NCBI RefSeq assembly: GCF_023806625.1
Contig: NZ_JAMTDX010000099.1
Location: 3,746-67,745, forward strand
From: Accumulibacter sp.
GTDB lineage: Bacteria > Pseudomonadota > Gammaproteobacteria > Burkholderiales > Rhodocyclaceae
Length of the DNA stretch: 64,000 nt
Direction of reading: 5' to 3'
The position numbers and the translations under genes are program-made. Shown one piece after another: positions 9,430 through 18,900 of this stretch. Within the stretch, counting starts at the first letter, position 1; the number at the start of each line of letters is the position of its first letter. Below the pieces are notes generated by a model. That model ran no database searches and was not told where the DNA came from. It saw only the letters and a program-made list of their open reading frames with translations.

Positions 9430-10880
9430 TCCGGCTGCTGCTCCCCGCGCTGGTCGCCGTCCTGGCCGGCGGCTGCATGGTCGGCCCCGACTACCACCGG
9501 CCACCGGTGAGGGCGCCGGAGCAGTTTCAGTACATGCCCACCGACGCCGCCGACACCGCCGACACGAGGTGGTGGGAGCAGTTCGGCGATCCGGTGTTCG
9601 ACGCCCTGATCGTCGAGGGGCTGGCGCACAACAGCAACATCGCCATCGCCGCGGCGAACGTCGAGCAGGCGGCCGCCGTACTCACCCAGGTGCGCTCACC
9701 GCTCTTCCCGCAGTTCGGCTACGCGGCCACCGGCGAGAGGCAGAAGTCGGTCGAGCCGGCGCTCGTCCGGCTGCTGCCGCGCGACATCGACCCGACGACG
9801 GCTTACCAGGCGCTGCTCTCGGCGAGCTGGGAAATCGACCTCTGGGGGCGAATCCGCCGCCAGTCCGAGACCGCGCGCGCCGACCTGCTGGCCACCGACG
9901 AGGCGCGGCGCGGGGTGATCCTCTCGGTCGTCGCGTCGATCGCCAGCAGCTACCTGCAGTTGCGCGGGCTCGACGCACAGCTCGTCGTCGCCAAGAAGAC
10001 GCTCGCCGCCTACGTCGAGTCGGTCCGGCTCTTCGAACTGCAGTTCGCTTACGGCCAGGTGTCCAAGATGACCGTCGTCCAGGCGCAATCGCAGTACGAG
10101 ACGGCGGCGGCGCAGATCCCGCTGATCGAGTCGCAGATCGCCCAGAACCAGAACGCGCTGGCCGTGCTGATCGGGCGCGATCCCGGGCCGATCGCCCGCG
10201 GTCGCTCGCTCGACGACCTCGTGCTGCCGAAGGTTCCCGCCGGAGTTCCGTCGGCGCTGCTCGAGCGGCGCCCCGACCTGCTGCAGGCCGAGCAGCAGCT
10301 GATCGCGGCCAACGCGCAGATCGGCGCAGCCAGGGCCCTCTATTTCCCGACGATCTCGCTGACCGGCGCGTACGGCGGAGTCAGCGCCGAACTGTCGAAG
10401 CTGTTCAGCGGCGCGTCGCGGGTGTGGAACTACAGCGGCTCGATCGTCGGACCGATCTTCACCTTCGGCGCGATCAGCGGCCAGGTCGCGCAGGCCGAGG
10501 CAGCGCAGCGAGCGGCGCTGCTCAACTACCAGCTGGCGATCCGCAACGCCTTCGCCGACGTCGACAACGCGCTCGTCGCCAACCAGAAACTCGCCGAGCA
10601 GTACGCCGCGCAGCAGCGTCTGGTCGTCGCGCTGCGCGAGTATTCGCGGCTCGCCCGGCTACAATACGACGGCGGCTACGCGCCGTACTCGACGGTGCTG
10701 CAGGCCGAGCAGACGCTGTTTCCGGCCGAACTCGGCCTCGCGTCGATGCGCAGTTCGCTGTTCGCTTCGGCGGTGAACATCTACAAGGCGATCGGCGGCG
10801 GCTGGGTCGGCGTCGCCGACGCGCTGACCGGAAGCGGCGGAAAGGCTGCCGGCGAAGCAGGACCAACACCCGCGTTCTGA
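9426..10880 (+). CDS. RND efflux outer-membrane factor lipoprotein (OprM/NodT family)
   Basis: ATG overlaps the permease stop (ATGA). Lipobox LAGGC followed by GPDYHRP, and C-terminal NIYKAIGGGW. Confidence 0.92.
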   Translation: MIRLLLPALVAVLAGGCMVGPDYHRPPVRAPEQFQYMPTDAADTADTRWWEQFGDPVFDALIVEGLAHNSNIAIAAANVEQAAAVLTQVRSPLFPQFGYAATGERQKSVEPALVRLLPRDIDPTTAYQALLSASWEIDLWGRIRRQSETARADLLATDEARRGVILSVVASIASSYLQLRGLDAQLVVAKKTLAAYVESVRLFELQFAYGQVSKMTVVQAQSQYETAAAQIPLIESQIAQNQNALAVLIGRDPGPIARGRSLDDLVLPKVPAGVPSALLERRPDLLQAEQQLIAANAQIGAARALYFPTISLTGAYGGVSAELSKLFSGASRVWNYSGSIVGPIFTFGAISGQVAQAEAAQRAALLNYQLAIRNAFADVDNALVANQKLAEQYAAQQRLVVALREYSRLARLQYDGGYAPYSTVLQAEQTLFPAELGLASMRSSLFASAVNIYKAIGGGWVGVADALTGSGGKAAGEAGPTPAF

Positions 10881-10911
10881 ACCCCGGCCGAAGCCGTCAG
10901 GCAACGGCCGC

Positions 10912-11439
10912 TCAGGACTCGCCCACGCTCCGGACACCACTGTGCGGGGTGGCGGTAACGGCGATGTCGACGACCGGAGCGCCGGTCATCTCGAGCAGTT
11001 CGCGCGGCGAGAGCCGGAACACCGCGTGCGGGTGACCGGCGGCCGCCCAGATGGTCTCGTACGCCAGCAGGTCCCGATCGACGAGCACGATCACCTCTCG
11101 GGCGTGGCCGAGCGGACAAACGCCACCGATCGCATAGCCGGTGTGCTCGCGGACGAAACGCGCGTCGGCCTTGCCGAGCGCACCGACCCTTGCAGCCAGC
11201 TTGGTCTCGTCGCCCCGGTTGGCGCCGCTGGCCACGACCATCACCGCACGATCGTCGGACAGCCGCCGGAAGACGATCGACTTGGCGATCTCGGCGACGC
11301 TGCAGCCGAGAGCTGCCGCTGCCTCGGCGGCCGTCCGGCCGGTCGCCGGAAGCAGCACCGGCGATTCGCGGTGACCGATTCGGCGCAGCAGATCGGCGAC
11401 CCGCTGCGCCGCTTCGGGCAATCCGCTGGCCTCGTTCAT
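10912..11439 (-). CDS. ybaK: YbaK/EbsC-family aminoacyl-tRNA deacylase
   Basis: 175 aa. Editing-domain blocks KSIVFR, VMVVASG, YAIGGVCPLGH. Confidence 0.8.
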   Translation of the reverse strand: MNEASGLPEAAQRVADLLRRIGHRESPVLLPATGRTAAEAAAALGCSVAEIAKSIVFRRLSDDRAVMVVASGANRGDETKLAARVGALGKADARFVREHTGYAIGGVCPLGHAREVIVLVDRDLLAYETIWAAAGHPHAVFRLSPRELLEMTGAPVVDIAVTATPHSGVRSVGES

Positions 11440-11496
11440 CGGCGGAGTCGCGCGCTCACGGCAACTGGCGAAGGGCCAAGGCCGCGCGGCGGCGCG

Positions 11497-12525
11497 TCAT
11501 TCGGCGAGGGCACCGAGGCCGAGGGTCGCGGTCAGACCCTTGCGCACGAGCTGGACCGCGCGGGAAACGTCGCACGTGGTCAGCATTTCGCGCGTCTCGA
11601 TCTCGTCGAGACCGGTGTTCAGCACCGCCGGCAGGTTGCCGCGCGCCTTATCGACGAGCGCGAACAGGGCGTCGAGCGCCTCGGCGCTCGCCCGCCCCCC
11701 TGCCGGCAGCGCAAAGCGCGTCGCCAGCCCGATCAGTCTGTCGAGACCCGGATTCCCCGCACGAAGCGCGTCGAGCACGAGCGCCTGCGGGCGATCCGGT
11801 CCCCGGGCGAGCAATGCCCCGGCGAGCACTTCGGCTGCGCCGCCGAACCCGCCGAGGACGTACAGTGGCCGCCGTCTTTCGAGGGCGACGAGTGCTTCCT
11901 CGAAAATCCCCGGCAGGAAGCCGTGGAAACCGGTCGTCTTGCCGCCCAGCACGACGCGGGCCATGATCGGCGGAACGAACTCGGGGCTCGCCAGGCCTGG
12001 CAGATCGATCGTCATTCCGTCCATCGCCAGCCGGCGCATCGCGCTGAGCGTCAATGCGCTGTTGAACACGGCCCGGTCGGAGCCGTTGCCGGCTTCGCCG
12101 TCTGGAACCTGGTCGGGCGCACCGATCCCGGCATCCTGCTGCGTGACGCGGACGATCCGGCAGCAGTTGATCCACTGCGCCTCGATCCGCGGGGTGACCT
12201 CGAGGTACTCGGGCCACGGACAGTGACTGACCAGCCGCCCGATGCTCAGGTTCGTATCCGGACCGCCGAGGCTGTTGTCCTCCTGTTCGGCGCTGATCAG
12301 GCGCAGCAGGTCGAAGGTGAAGTTGTCCTCGCTTTCCTTCCAGCGTCCACCGTAGGCAAGGCTCGCCGCCTGCCTGAGCAGCGGCCGCGCGAGGCGGACG
12401 AGCAATTCGCGCAGATGTTCGAGACCGAGCCCACGGGCGAGCAGGTTCTCGCGCTGGTAGGAGATGGACAGGTCGATGACCGTGTTGGCGATCATCCGCG
12501 ACCGGTACTTGCTACTGCTCGTCAT
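11497..12525 (-). CDS. Stand-alone SLOG (SMF/DprA-LOG-like) Rossmann-fold protein, putative nucleotide-signal sensor or nucleotide-processing enzyme
   Basis: 342 aa. Motifs DLSISY...SLAYGG, VVLGGKTTGFHGFLPGIFEE (compare the LOG motif PGGxGTxEE) and YVLGGFGGAAE. ATG overlaps the upstream TIR gene stop (ATGA, 12522-12525). No other recognisable domain. Confidence 0.65.
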   Translation of the reverse strand: MTSSSKYRSRMIANTVIDLSISYQRENLLARGLGLEHLRELLVRLARPLLRQAASLAYGGRWKESEDNFTFDLLRLISAEQEDNSLGGPDTNLSIGRLVSHCPWPEYLEVTPRIEAQWINCCRIVRVTQQDAGIGAPDQVPDGEAGNGSDRAVFNSALTLSAMRRLAMDGMTIDLPGLASPEFVPPIMARVVLGGKTTGFHGFLPGIFEEALVALERRRPLYVLGGFGGAAEVLAGALLARGPDRPQALVLDALRAGNPGLDRLIGLATRFALPAGGRASAEALDALFALVDKARGNLPAVLNTGLDEIETREMLTTCDVSRAVQLVRKGLTATLGLGALAE

Positions 12526-13784
12526 GACGTCGTCGCCTCGAAACTGTGGAAGGCCAGCCGCGGGAAGAACTCGTCGAGAATGTCGAGTTCGAGACCGGAG
12601 AGGCCGCGGCCCGGATAATGGACGCGCAGGTCCTCCTTCGCCTCGCGAACGCGCGGAATGTGCAGCAGCGTCGTCGGGTCAGGCAACCAGTTGACGACGA
12701 TCACGTCCGGCGCACCCGACAGCGTCCGCCCGACCGCGCTGTGAAACGCGGCGAGCAGCGCGTCGCGGAGCAGCGTCGTGACCACCTGCTCTTCCTGGTC
12801 GGGCACCTCTTCGGCCCAGCGGATCAGCGGCGCGTTGCCGAGCTCGGGGATACCCGAGGTCCGGCCTCCGCCCTCGAGTGCGTCGACGACGACGACCGGG
12901 TTGAGCCGCCAGCGCTCACCGAGCCCCGGCGGAGTCCCGCTCTCCTGCAGCGGCCGGCGGAAGAGCGCAAGCTCGCGCCGGCACCACGGGCGGCTGGCGT
13001 AGCGTGCGCTGCGCACGGCGATCAGCGCGGCGGTCTGCTCGCTTTCGACGTTGCTCTGCAGCACGCGACCGAACGCCGATCCGAAGGGGATGTCGTTCTC
13101 GTCGAAGAAGGCGCCGAGCTGCGTCTGGCTGTAGATGTAGTCGCGAATGCGTTTGGCCGGCACGGTGCCATCGACCTTCGCGTGACTCAGGAAGATGACG
13201 ATTTTCGGTTGCCCGGGCTCGCCGGCCGGGTTCTGTGCCGCTGGCGAGGACGCCCGCCCGAGCATCAGCCGGCACAGCGCCTCGGTGAGCTGCTTGAGCA
13301 GCGAACGGACGACGGTCTCGGTCGCCGGCCCGCTCCCCGGCTGTTCGTCGGCCGGCAAAGGCAGGCCGGCCGGCCGCAGGAAGTTCAGCGCACGCAGCGC
13401 TTCGGGCGCGTTGTAAGCGGTCGAATCGAGGGCCACCGGCAGGAACTTGCGGCTCGTCGCCGGCTGGCCCGCCGAGCCCAGCTGAGCGATCCAGAAACGC
13501 CAGCTGGCATCGGCGATCATCTGTTCGTCGATGAGCAGCAGCACGATCTGCAGGTTGGCCAGCCGCGATCCGCTCGCCGCCGGCTGGCCAGGCCGGAACT
13601 CGCCGGGCAACGGCGACGGCAGCCCCCCGGGTGGCGCGTCGGGCGCCGGCAGGCTGCGGTAGAAGACCTGCGGTCCGAGACCGTTGCCCGGCCGCAGCCA
13701 GCCGTGGATACGCCGCGCGAGAACTTCTCCGAGCGCGCAGCGGGGGTGCCACAGGACGTAGATTTCGGGAATCGGGTTGTCCAT
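12522..13784 (-). CDS. TIR-domain protein (predicted NAD+-consuming), with an N-terminal degenerate TIR-like domain and a C-terminal domain of unknown function
   Basis: ATG at 13784 is preceded by GAGGAG; the ORF track begins at a GTG at 13805. The central block KIVIFLSHAKVDG..FFDENDIPFG..ALIAVRSARYASRPWCRRELALF fits the bacterial TIR pattern, including the conserved Glu of WCxxE (codon 12972-12974). Confidence 0.7.
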   Translation of the reverse strand: MDNPIPEIYVLWHPRCALGEVLARRIHGWLRPGNGLGPQVFYRSLPAPDAPPGGLPSPLPGEFRPGQPAASGSRLANLQIVLLLIDEQMIADASWRFWIAQLGSAGQPATSRKFLPVALDSTAYNAPEALRALNFLRPAGLPLPADEQPGSGPATETVVRSLLKQLTEALCRLMLGRASSPAAQNPAGEPGQPKIVIFLSHAKVDGTVPAKRIRDYIYSQTQLGAFFDENDIPFGSAFGRVLQSNVESEQTAALIAVRSARYASRPWCRRELALFRRPLQESGTPPGLGERWRLNPVVVVDALEGGGRTSGIPELGNAPLIRWAEEVPDQEEQVVTTLLRDALLAAFHSAVGRTLSGAPDVIVVNWLPDPTTLLHIPRVREAKEDLRVHYPGRGLSGLELDILDEFFPRLAFHSFEATTS

Positions 13785-13914
13785 GCTCTCCTCGGCCCAG
13801 GTCACGATCGGTCCCTGCGGCGGCCACGGACGCGCTGAGCACCGCGCGCCACGATCTTTTCAGTGTAGCGCAGCTCGACCGCGTCCGGCCGATGCGCAGC
13901 CTGAGGCGACGGCA

Positions 13915-15999
13915 TCAGCCGGACGATCGGTCGCTCGGCAGGACCGCTTCGCCGGACAACCCGCTGGCCCGTAGGACGCGCCTGGCGACAGTGTCACGGA
14001 CGAGTTGCAGACCGCCGGCGCTGACTACGCTGAGGAAAGAACGTGCGCGGGTAATCCCGGTATACAGCAGTTCGCGGGTCAGCACCGGGTTCGCCGTCTC
14101 CGGAAGGACGAGCGCCACGTGGCCGAACTCGGAGCCCTGCGCCTTGTGCACGGTCAGCGCATAGGCCGTCTCGACGGCCTGGAGACGGACCGGGGCCACC
14201 CAGCGGACCGGGCGACCGGCGTCTCCGCTGGCGAAAGCGACGCGCAGCGTGCCCCGATCGGGACCCGCGGGGATCGCCAGCGTGATACCGATGTCGCCGT
14301 TCATCAGCCCGAGCCCGTAGTCATTGCGCGTGACCAGCACCGGACGGCCCGGATGCCAGCCGTCGCTCTCGGGAATGAGGCTTGCTGCGCAGAGCACGCG
14401 AGCGATCTGCCGGTTCAGCCGCTCGACGCCCCACGGCCCGCGGCGCAGCGCCGAGAGTACCTGGAATGTCGCGTAGGCGCTGAGCACTTCGTTGGCCCAG
14501 CCATCGACCTCGGCCTTCCCGGCGTCCGGCGCCGGTTGTCGCCGGTGCATCGTTTCGAGGTAGTGGCGATAACCTTGCCTCTGCGGCGTCGCCGCCGCGC
14601 CGGGCCGCTCGCCGGCGCAGCCGTCGACGGCCAACCGGTCCAGCGCGGTCTGCTCGCCGGCGGTCGGCAGAACGAACGCCAGGTCGGCGTGACGCCCTTC
14701 GAGGATCGCCACGACGCGCTCGGGGTCGCCGTCATTGACCGCTTCGGCGAGCTGACCGATGCCGCTCTCCGCAGCGAAGCGGTGGCTGCGACGCAGCATG
14801 ACGATCGTCTGGTCGAGCGCCTGGCCCTGGGGATCGACCCACTCCGGCCCGATTGGCTGACCGGTCGCCGCGCCGATCCACTCTGCGGTTTCCGGGAGGT
14901 AATGCGCTTCGGCCGCGCCGCGACAGAGTTCGCCGAGGACCGCGCCGGCTTCGACCGACGCCAGCTGGTCCTTGTCGCCGAGCAACACGAGCCGCGCAGC
15001 AGGCGGCAACGCGGCGAAAACCGCGGCCATCAGCTCGAGGTCGACCATCGACGCCTCGTCGATGACCAGCACATCGACGGCGAGGGGATGGCCCGAATGG
15101 TGACGGAAGCGCCGCGTCTCGGGACGACTGCCGAGCAGGCGATGGACCGTCGTCGCGGTCGCCGGGATCAGCCCGCGCAGCGCTTCACCCTGCGCCAGGC
15201 CGCCCAGCGGCAGCCTGGCCAGCGCTCCGGCGATCGCCTCGTTGAGCCGCGCCGCCGCCTTGCCGGTCGGCGCGGCGAGGCGGATGCGCAGCGCACCGGT
15301 CTGCTGGTCGGCAGCCGATCCGCCGAGCGCAAGTTCCTGGAGCAGCGCCAGCAGGCGAACGACCGTCGTCGTCTTGCCGGTCCCCGGGCCGCCGGTGATG
15401 ATCGCGAAGGCGTTGCGCGCAGCCAGCGCGCAGGCGACCTTTTGCCAGTCGGGACCGGGCAACCCGGCCGCTGGCGCCGGGAAAAGGCCGTCGAGTGCAG
15501 CGCGCAACGCCACGGCCGGCGCTGCCGTGGCGCCCAGGCGCTGGGCGATCGCGCGGCGCACGTCCTGCTCGCACTGCCAGTAGCGGCGCAGATAGAGGCG
15601 TCCTCCGGCAAGAACCAGCGGCGTGTTGCCGGCGCCGCGCGCGACCAGCGCGGGTCGGTCGAGCGCGGCGAGCCACTCGGCGAGGCTCAGCCCGGCGAGC
15701 ACTTCGGCAGGCACCGGCAACCGGCCGCCGGGCGGCGCCGAATCCGCCGCCTCCGGGGGGAGCGCGAGAACCCGCTCGGGTTCGGCAAGCGTCGCCGCGA
15801 GGTCGAGACACACGTGGCCGCGCCCGAGCTGATGGCTGGCCAACGCCGCGCCGAGGAGCAGCAGCGGCGGTGCTTCGGGAACCTCGCGCCAGAGGAAGTC
15901 GGCGAAGGCGACGTCAAGCGGCCGCAGCCATTCGCTCGCCGACCAGCGTCCAAGCAGCGCCCGGAGGCGCCGCCGGCTGTCGATCAGCCGGCCGTTCAC
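13915..15999 (-). CDS. recD: Exodeoxyribonuclease V alpha subunit RecD
   Basis: GTG start overlaps the recB stop (GTGA at 15996-15999). Walker A ITGGPGTGKTT, SF1 helicase motifs (VLVIDEASMVD, LVLLGDKDQLASV, TVHKAQGSEF). The upstream 183 codons of the ORF are overlap noise. Confidence 0.93.
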   Translation of the reverse strand: MNGRLIDSRRRLRALLGRWSASEWLRPLDVAFADFLWREVPEAPPLLLLGAALASHQLGRGHVCLDLAATLAEPERVLALPPEAADSAPPGGRLPVPAEVLAGLSLAEWLAALDRPALVARGAGNTPLVLAGGRLYLRRYWQCEQDVRRAIAQRLGATAAPAVALRAALDGLFPAPAAGLPGPDWQKVACALAARNAFAIITGGPGTGKTTTVVRLLALLQELALGGSAADQQTGALRIRLAAPTGKAAARLNEAIAGALARLPLGGLAQGEALRGLIPATATTVHRLLGSRPETRRFRHHSGHPLAVDVLVIDEASMVDLELMAAVFAALPPAARLVLLGDKDQLASVEAGAVLGELCRGAAEAHYLPETAEWIGAATGQPIGPEWVDPQGQALDQTIVMLRRSHRFAAESGIGQLAEAVNDGDPERVVAILEGRHADLAFVLPTAGEQTALDRLAVDGCAGERPGAAATPQRQGYRHYLETMHRRQPAPDAGKAEVDGWANEVLSAYATFQVLSALRRGPWGVERLNRQIARVLCAASLIPESDGWHPGRPVLVTRNDYGLGLMNGDIGITLAIPAGPDRGTLRVAFASGDAGRPVRWVAPVRLQAVETAYALTVHKAQGSEFGHVALVLPETANPVLTRELLYTGITRARSFLSVVSAGGLQLVRDTVARRVLRASGLSGEAVLPSDRSSG

Positions 16000-18900
16000 C
16001 CGCTCTGCTCCGCGCTCTGGCCGGAGAACAGCTGATCGAGCGCTTCGATCAGCTGGCGCGGCGGGCGCTCGAAGTGGATTCCCTGGCCGGCAGCGAAGCT
16101 GCCGCGCAGGAAAAGGTACACCGCTCCGCCGACGTGCCGGTCGTAGTCGTAGTCCGGCAGCCGCAGCTTGAGCAGGCGGTGCAGGGCGACGAGATAGAGT
16201 GCGTACTGCAGGTCGTAGCGCGCGTGGAGGATCGCGCCGCGCATCGCCTCTGGGGTGTAGGCGGCGTCTTCGGCACCGAGCCAGTTCGACTTCCAGTCGG
16301 CGACGTAGTAGAGACCGCAATGCTCGAAGACCAGGTCGATGAATCCCCTGAGCAGACCGTCGAGCCGCCGTGCAGGCAGTCTCGGTCTCGGCGCTCCGGC
16401 GAGTGTGTGCCGGCAAACGAGTTCGTCGATGCGCCCGGTGTCCACCGCGCGGGTGGTCAGCGCGAACTCCATTTCGGCAGCCGAAGCGCCGAGTTCGGCG
16501 AGCCGCACTGCGTGCGCCGGCCGACCGGGCTCGGGCGGCAAACGCCACGGCGTGCTCAGGAAATGCTCGAGCCAGACCGCGAGCGGCTCGATCCAGCGAT
16601 CCCAGCCGTGCGCACGGCAGTTGCGCACAATCCGCTCACGGAGCGGCGCCGGATCGTGCCACGAGAAGGCGTGGCCGGCCGCCGCTTCGAGCAGCCCGTG
16701 AAGAAAGGTTCCCGCCTCGGCACCGCGGGGGAAGTCGTGCAGCGCTCCGACGAGCAGCGGGCGGGTCGGCCGCCCTGCTCCGCGCGGCTCGCCGGAGGGC
16801 GGCAGGGCGAGCTCGCCAGGAACCACCCCCGCGAGCGTCTCCTGCACCAGAGCGGCGACCGGCGTCTCGGCGGGAGTCGCCGGGAAGTCGTTGACGCTGT
16901 CACCCGCGACGCGCAGCGACGAGTAGCTGGCGATGCCCCAGGCCTGGCGCACGGCGCGCCGCGCAATCCGTGCCTGACCCGACCCGGAAGCCGGCGCCAG
17001 CGGTCCGGAGAAACGCTCGTCGCCGGCCTCTGGCGCCTGTGCGACGACGATCTGCGGCAGACCGCCGCGCAGCTCTTTGAGCCGGCGCGGCAGGTCGGAC
17101 GCTGCGATTTCTTCGCCAGCGCCGAGCAGGTAGCCCGCTGCGCTGTGCGCCAGGTCGGCGATTGGCGCAAAACCGACCCAGGTGGCGTAGCGCGCGCGGG
17201 TCAGCGCAACGTATAGCTTGCGCATATCCTCGGCGAGGCGCTCCCGGTCAGCACCCTCGACGAGCGACGGATCGGCGACCAGCGCGAGCTGCAGCTCGCC
17301 CGCGTCGTCGTGCCACCTCAGCGGCAGGTCCTTCGCGCCGTCGATCCGCCGGCAGCTGCTGGCGAAGGGCACGAAGACCAGTGGATATTCGAGTCCCTTG
17401 GACTTGTGCACGGTGACCACCTGGACGAGTCCTTCGTCGCTTTCGAGACGCAACTGGCGCACGTCGCCACCAACGCCGGCCGAAGCATCGTGCCTCTGCT
17501 CGGCCAGGTGGCGGATCAGCGCGTGCTCGCCTTCGAGCAGGACACTCGCCTGCTGCAGCAGCTCGGCGAGGTGCAACAGATTGGTCAGCACCCGCTCCCC
17601 ACTCGTCGCCCCGCGCGCCGGGTCGCTGTCATCGAGCAGACGCAGCGGCACTGCGAAATCGTTGAGCAGGCGACGCAGCATCGGCAGGACACCCTGGCCG
17701 CGCCAGCACTCGCGATACGCGCGGAACTGCTCGACTCGCGCTTCCCAGGTCCGATCGTCGTCTTCGAGCACGTCGAGCTCGCGCCAGTCCACGGCGAGCA
17801 GGCGGCTCGCCAACGCCCGGCGCAGACAGCGTGGGTCGTCGGGATCGGCACAGGCAGCGAGCCAGTTCTGCAGCTCGGCGGCTTCGCCGCTGGCAAAGAC
17901 CGACTCGCGTTCGGACAGATAGACGCTGCGCACGCCGCGTTGGCCCAGTGCCTTGCGGATCGTGTCGGCCTCGACTCGCGCGTTGACCAGCACGGCCACG
18001 TCGGCTGGGGTCAGCGGCCGCATCCGTCCGCTGCCCGTAAAGCCCGCCTGCCCTGCGGCACCGAGCCTGAGCAAGCGAACGATCTCGCTCGCGCAGGCTG
18101 CGGCGATCTGCTCGCGGGACGCTTCCTTGCCGAGTTCTCCGCCGTCGGCGCCAGGCGGCAGCCACCAGGCGGTCAGCGCGGGCAGCTCGACGCCTTCCGC
18201 GACGAGCACGTCGTCGCGACCTCGGGCAACGGCAGCGGTGAACGGCAACGGGTTGCCGCCCGCCCCCCTGAACAGGAACGCACCAGACCCGTCCCGGCGC
18301 TGTTCGGCGAAAGCGAAGCAGCGGTTGGTTGCCTCGACCATCGCGCGCGTCGAACGGTGGTTGGTGCTCAGCGTGTGCAGACGGCCGGCGCAGGCCTTCC
18401 GCGCGCGCAGGTAGGTGTGGATGTCGGCGCCGCGAAACGCGTAGATTGCCTGTTTCGGGTCGCCGATCAGCACCAGCGCGGTCGCCGGGTCGTTGCGCTC
18501 GACACGGTAGATGGCGTCGAAGATGCGGTACTGCAGCGGGTCGGTGTCCTGAAACTCGTCGATCAGTGCAATCGGGAACTGCGCGCGAATCACCGCTGCG
18601 AGCCGCTCACCGCTCGGGCCGTGCAGCGCCGCGTCGAGTCGGGTCAGCAGGTCCTGGAAACCCATCCGCGCGCGGCGCAGCTGCTCGGCAGCCAGACGCT
18701 CGGCAACCCAGCGGGCCGCGTGACGCAGCACTTCGGCGCGCGCGTCGGGCAGCTCGGCAAGCGCGGCCTGGAGACCGGAGATCGCCTGCCAGCCCGGATG
18801 CGCGGGCGGACAGCCATTCCTCCAGAGTTCGGCGATCCCCGGCGAAGCGAGCCGCTCCCAGCCCTTGCCGAGGTTCGGCGAAACGCTCCCGGCGTCGTCC

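Noticed and set aside
10912-11439. ybaK, considered as a third component of the TIR-SLOG module.
   Set aside because: It is separated by a 57-nt gap rather than coupled. YbaK-type deacylases are widespread housekeeping proteins, and I have no established functional link to TIR or SLOG systems. Co-transcription remains possible but is unsupported.
13785-13914. A possible promoter (TACACT -10-like hexamer) or terminator in the recD-TIR gap.
   Set aside because: The match to the -35/-10 consensus is poor. The only palindromes are short GC runs with no U tract. This is too weak to list as a feature, so I mention it only in the context finding.
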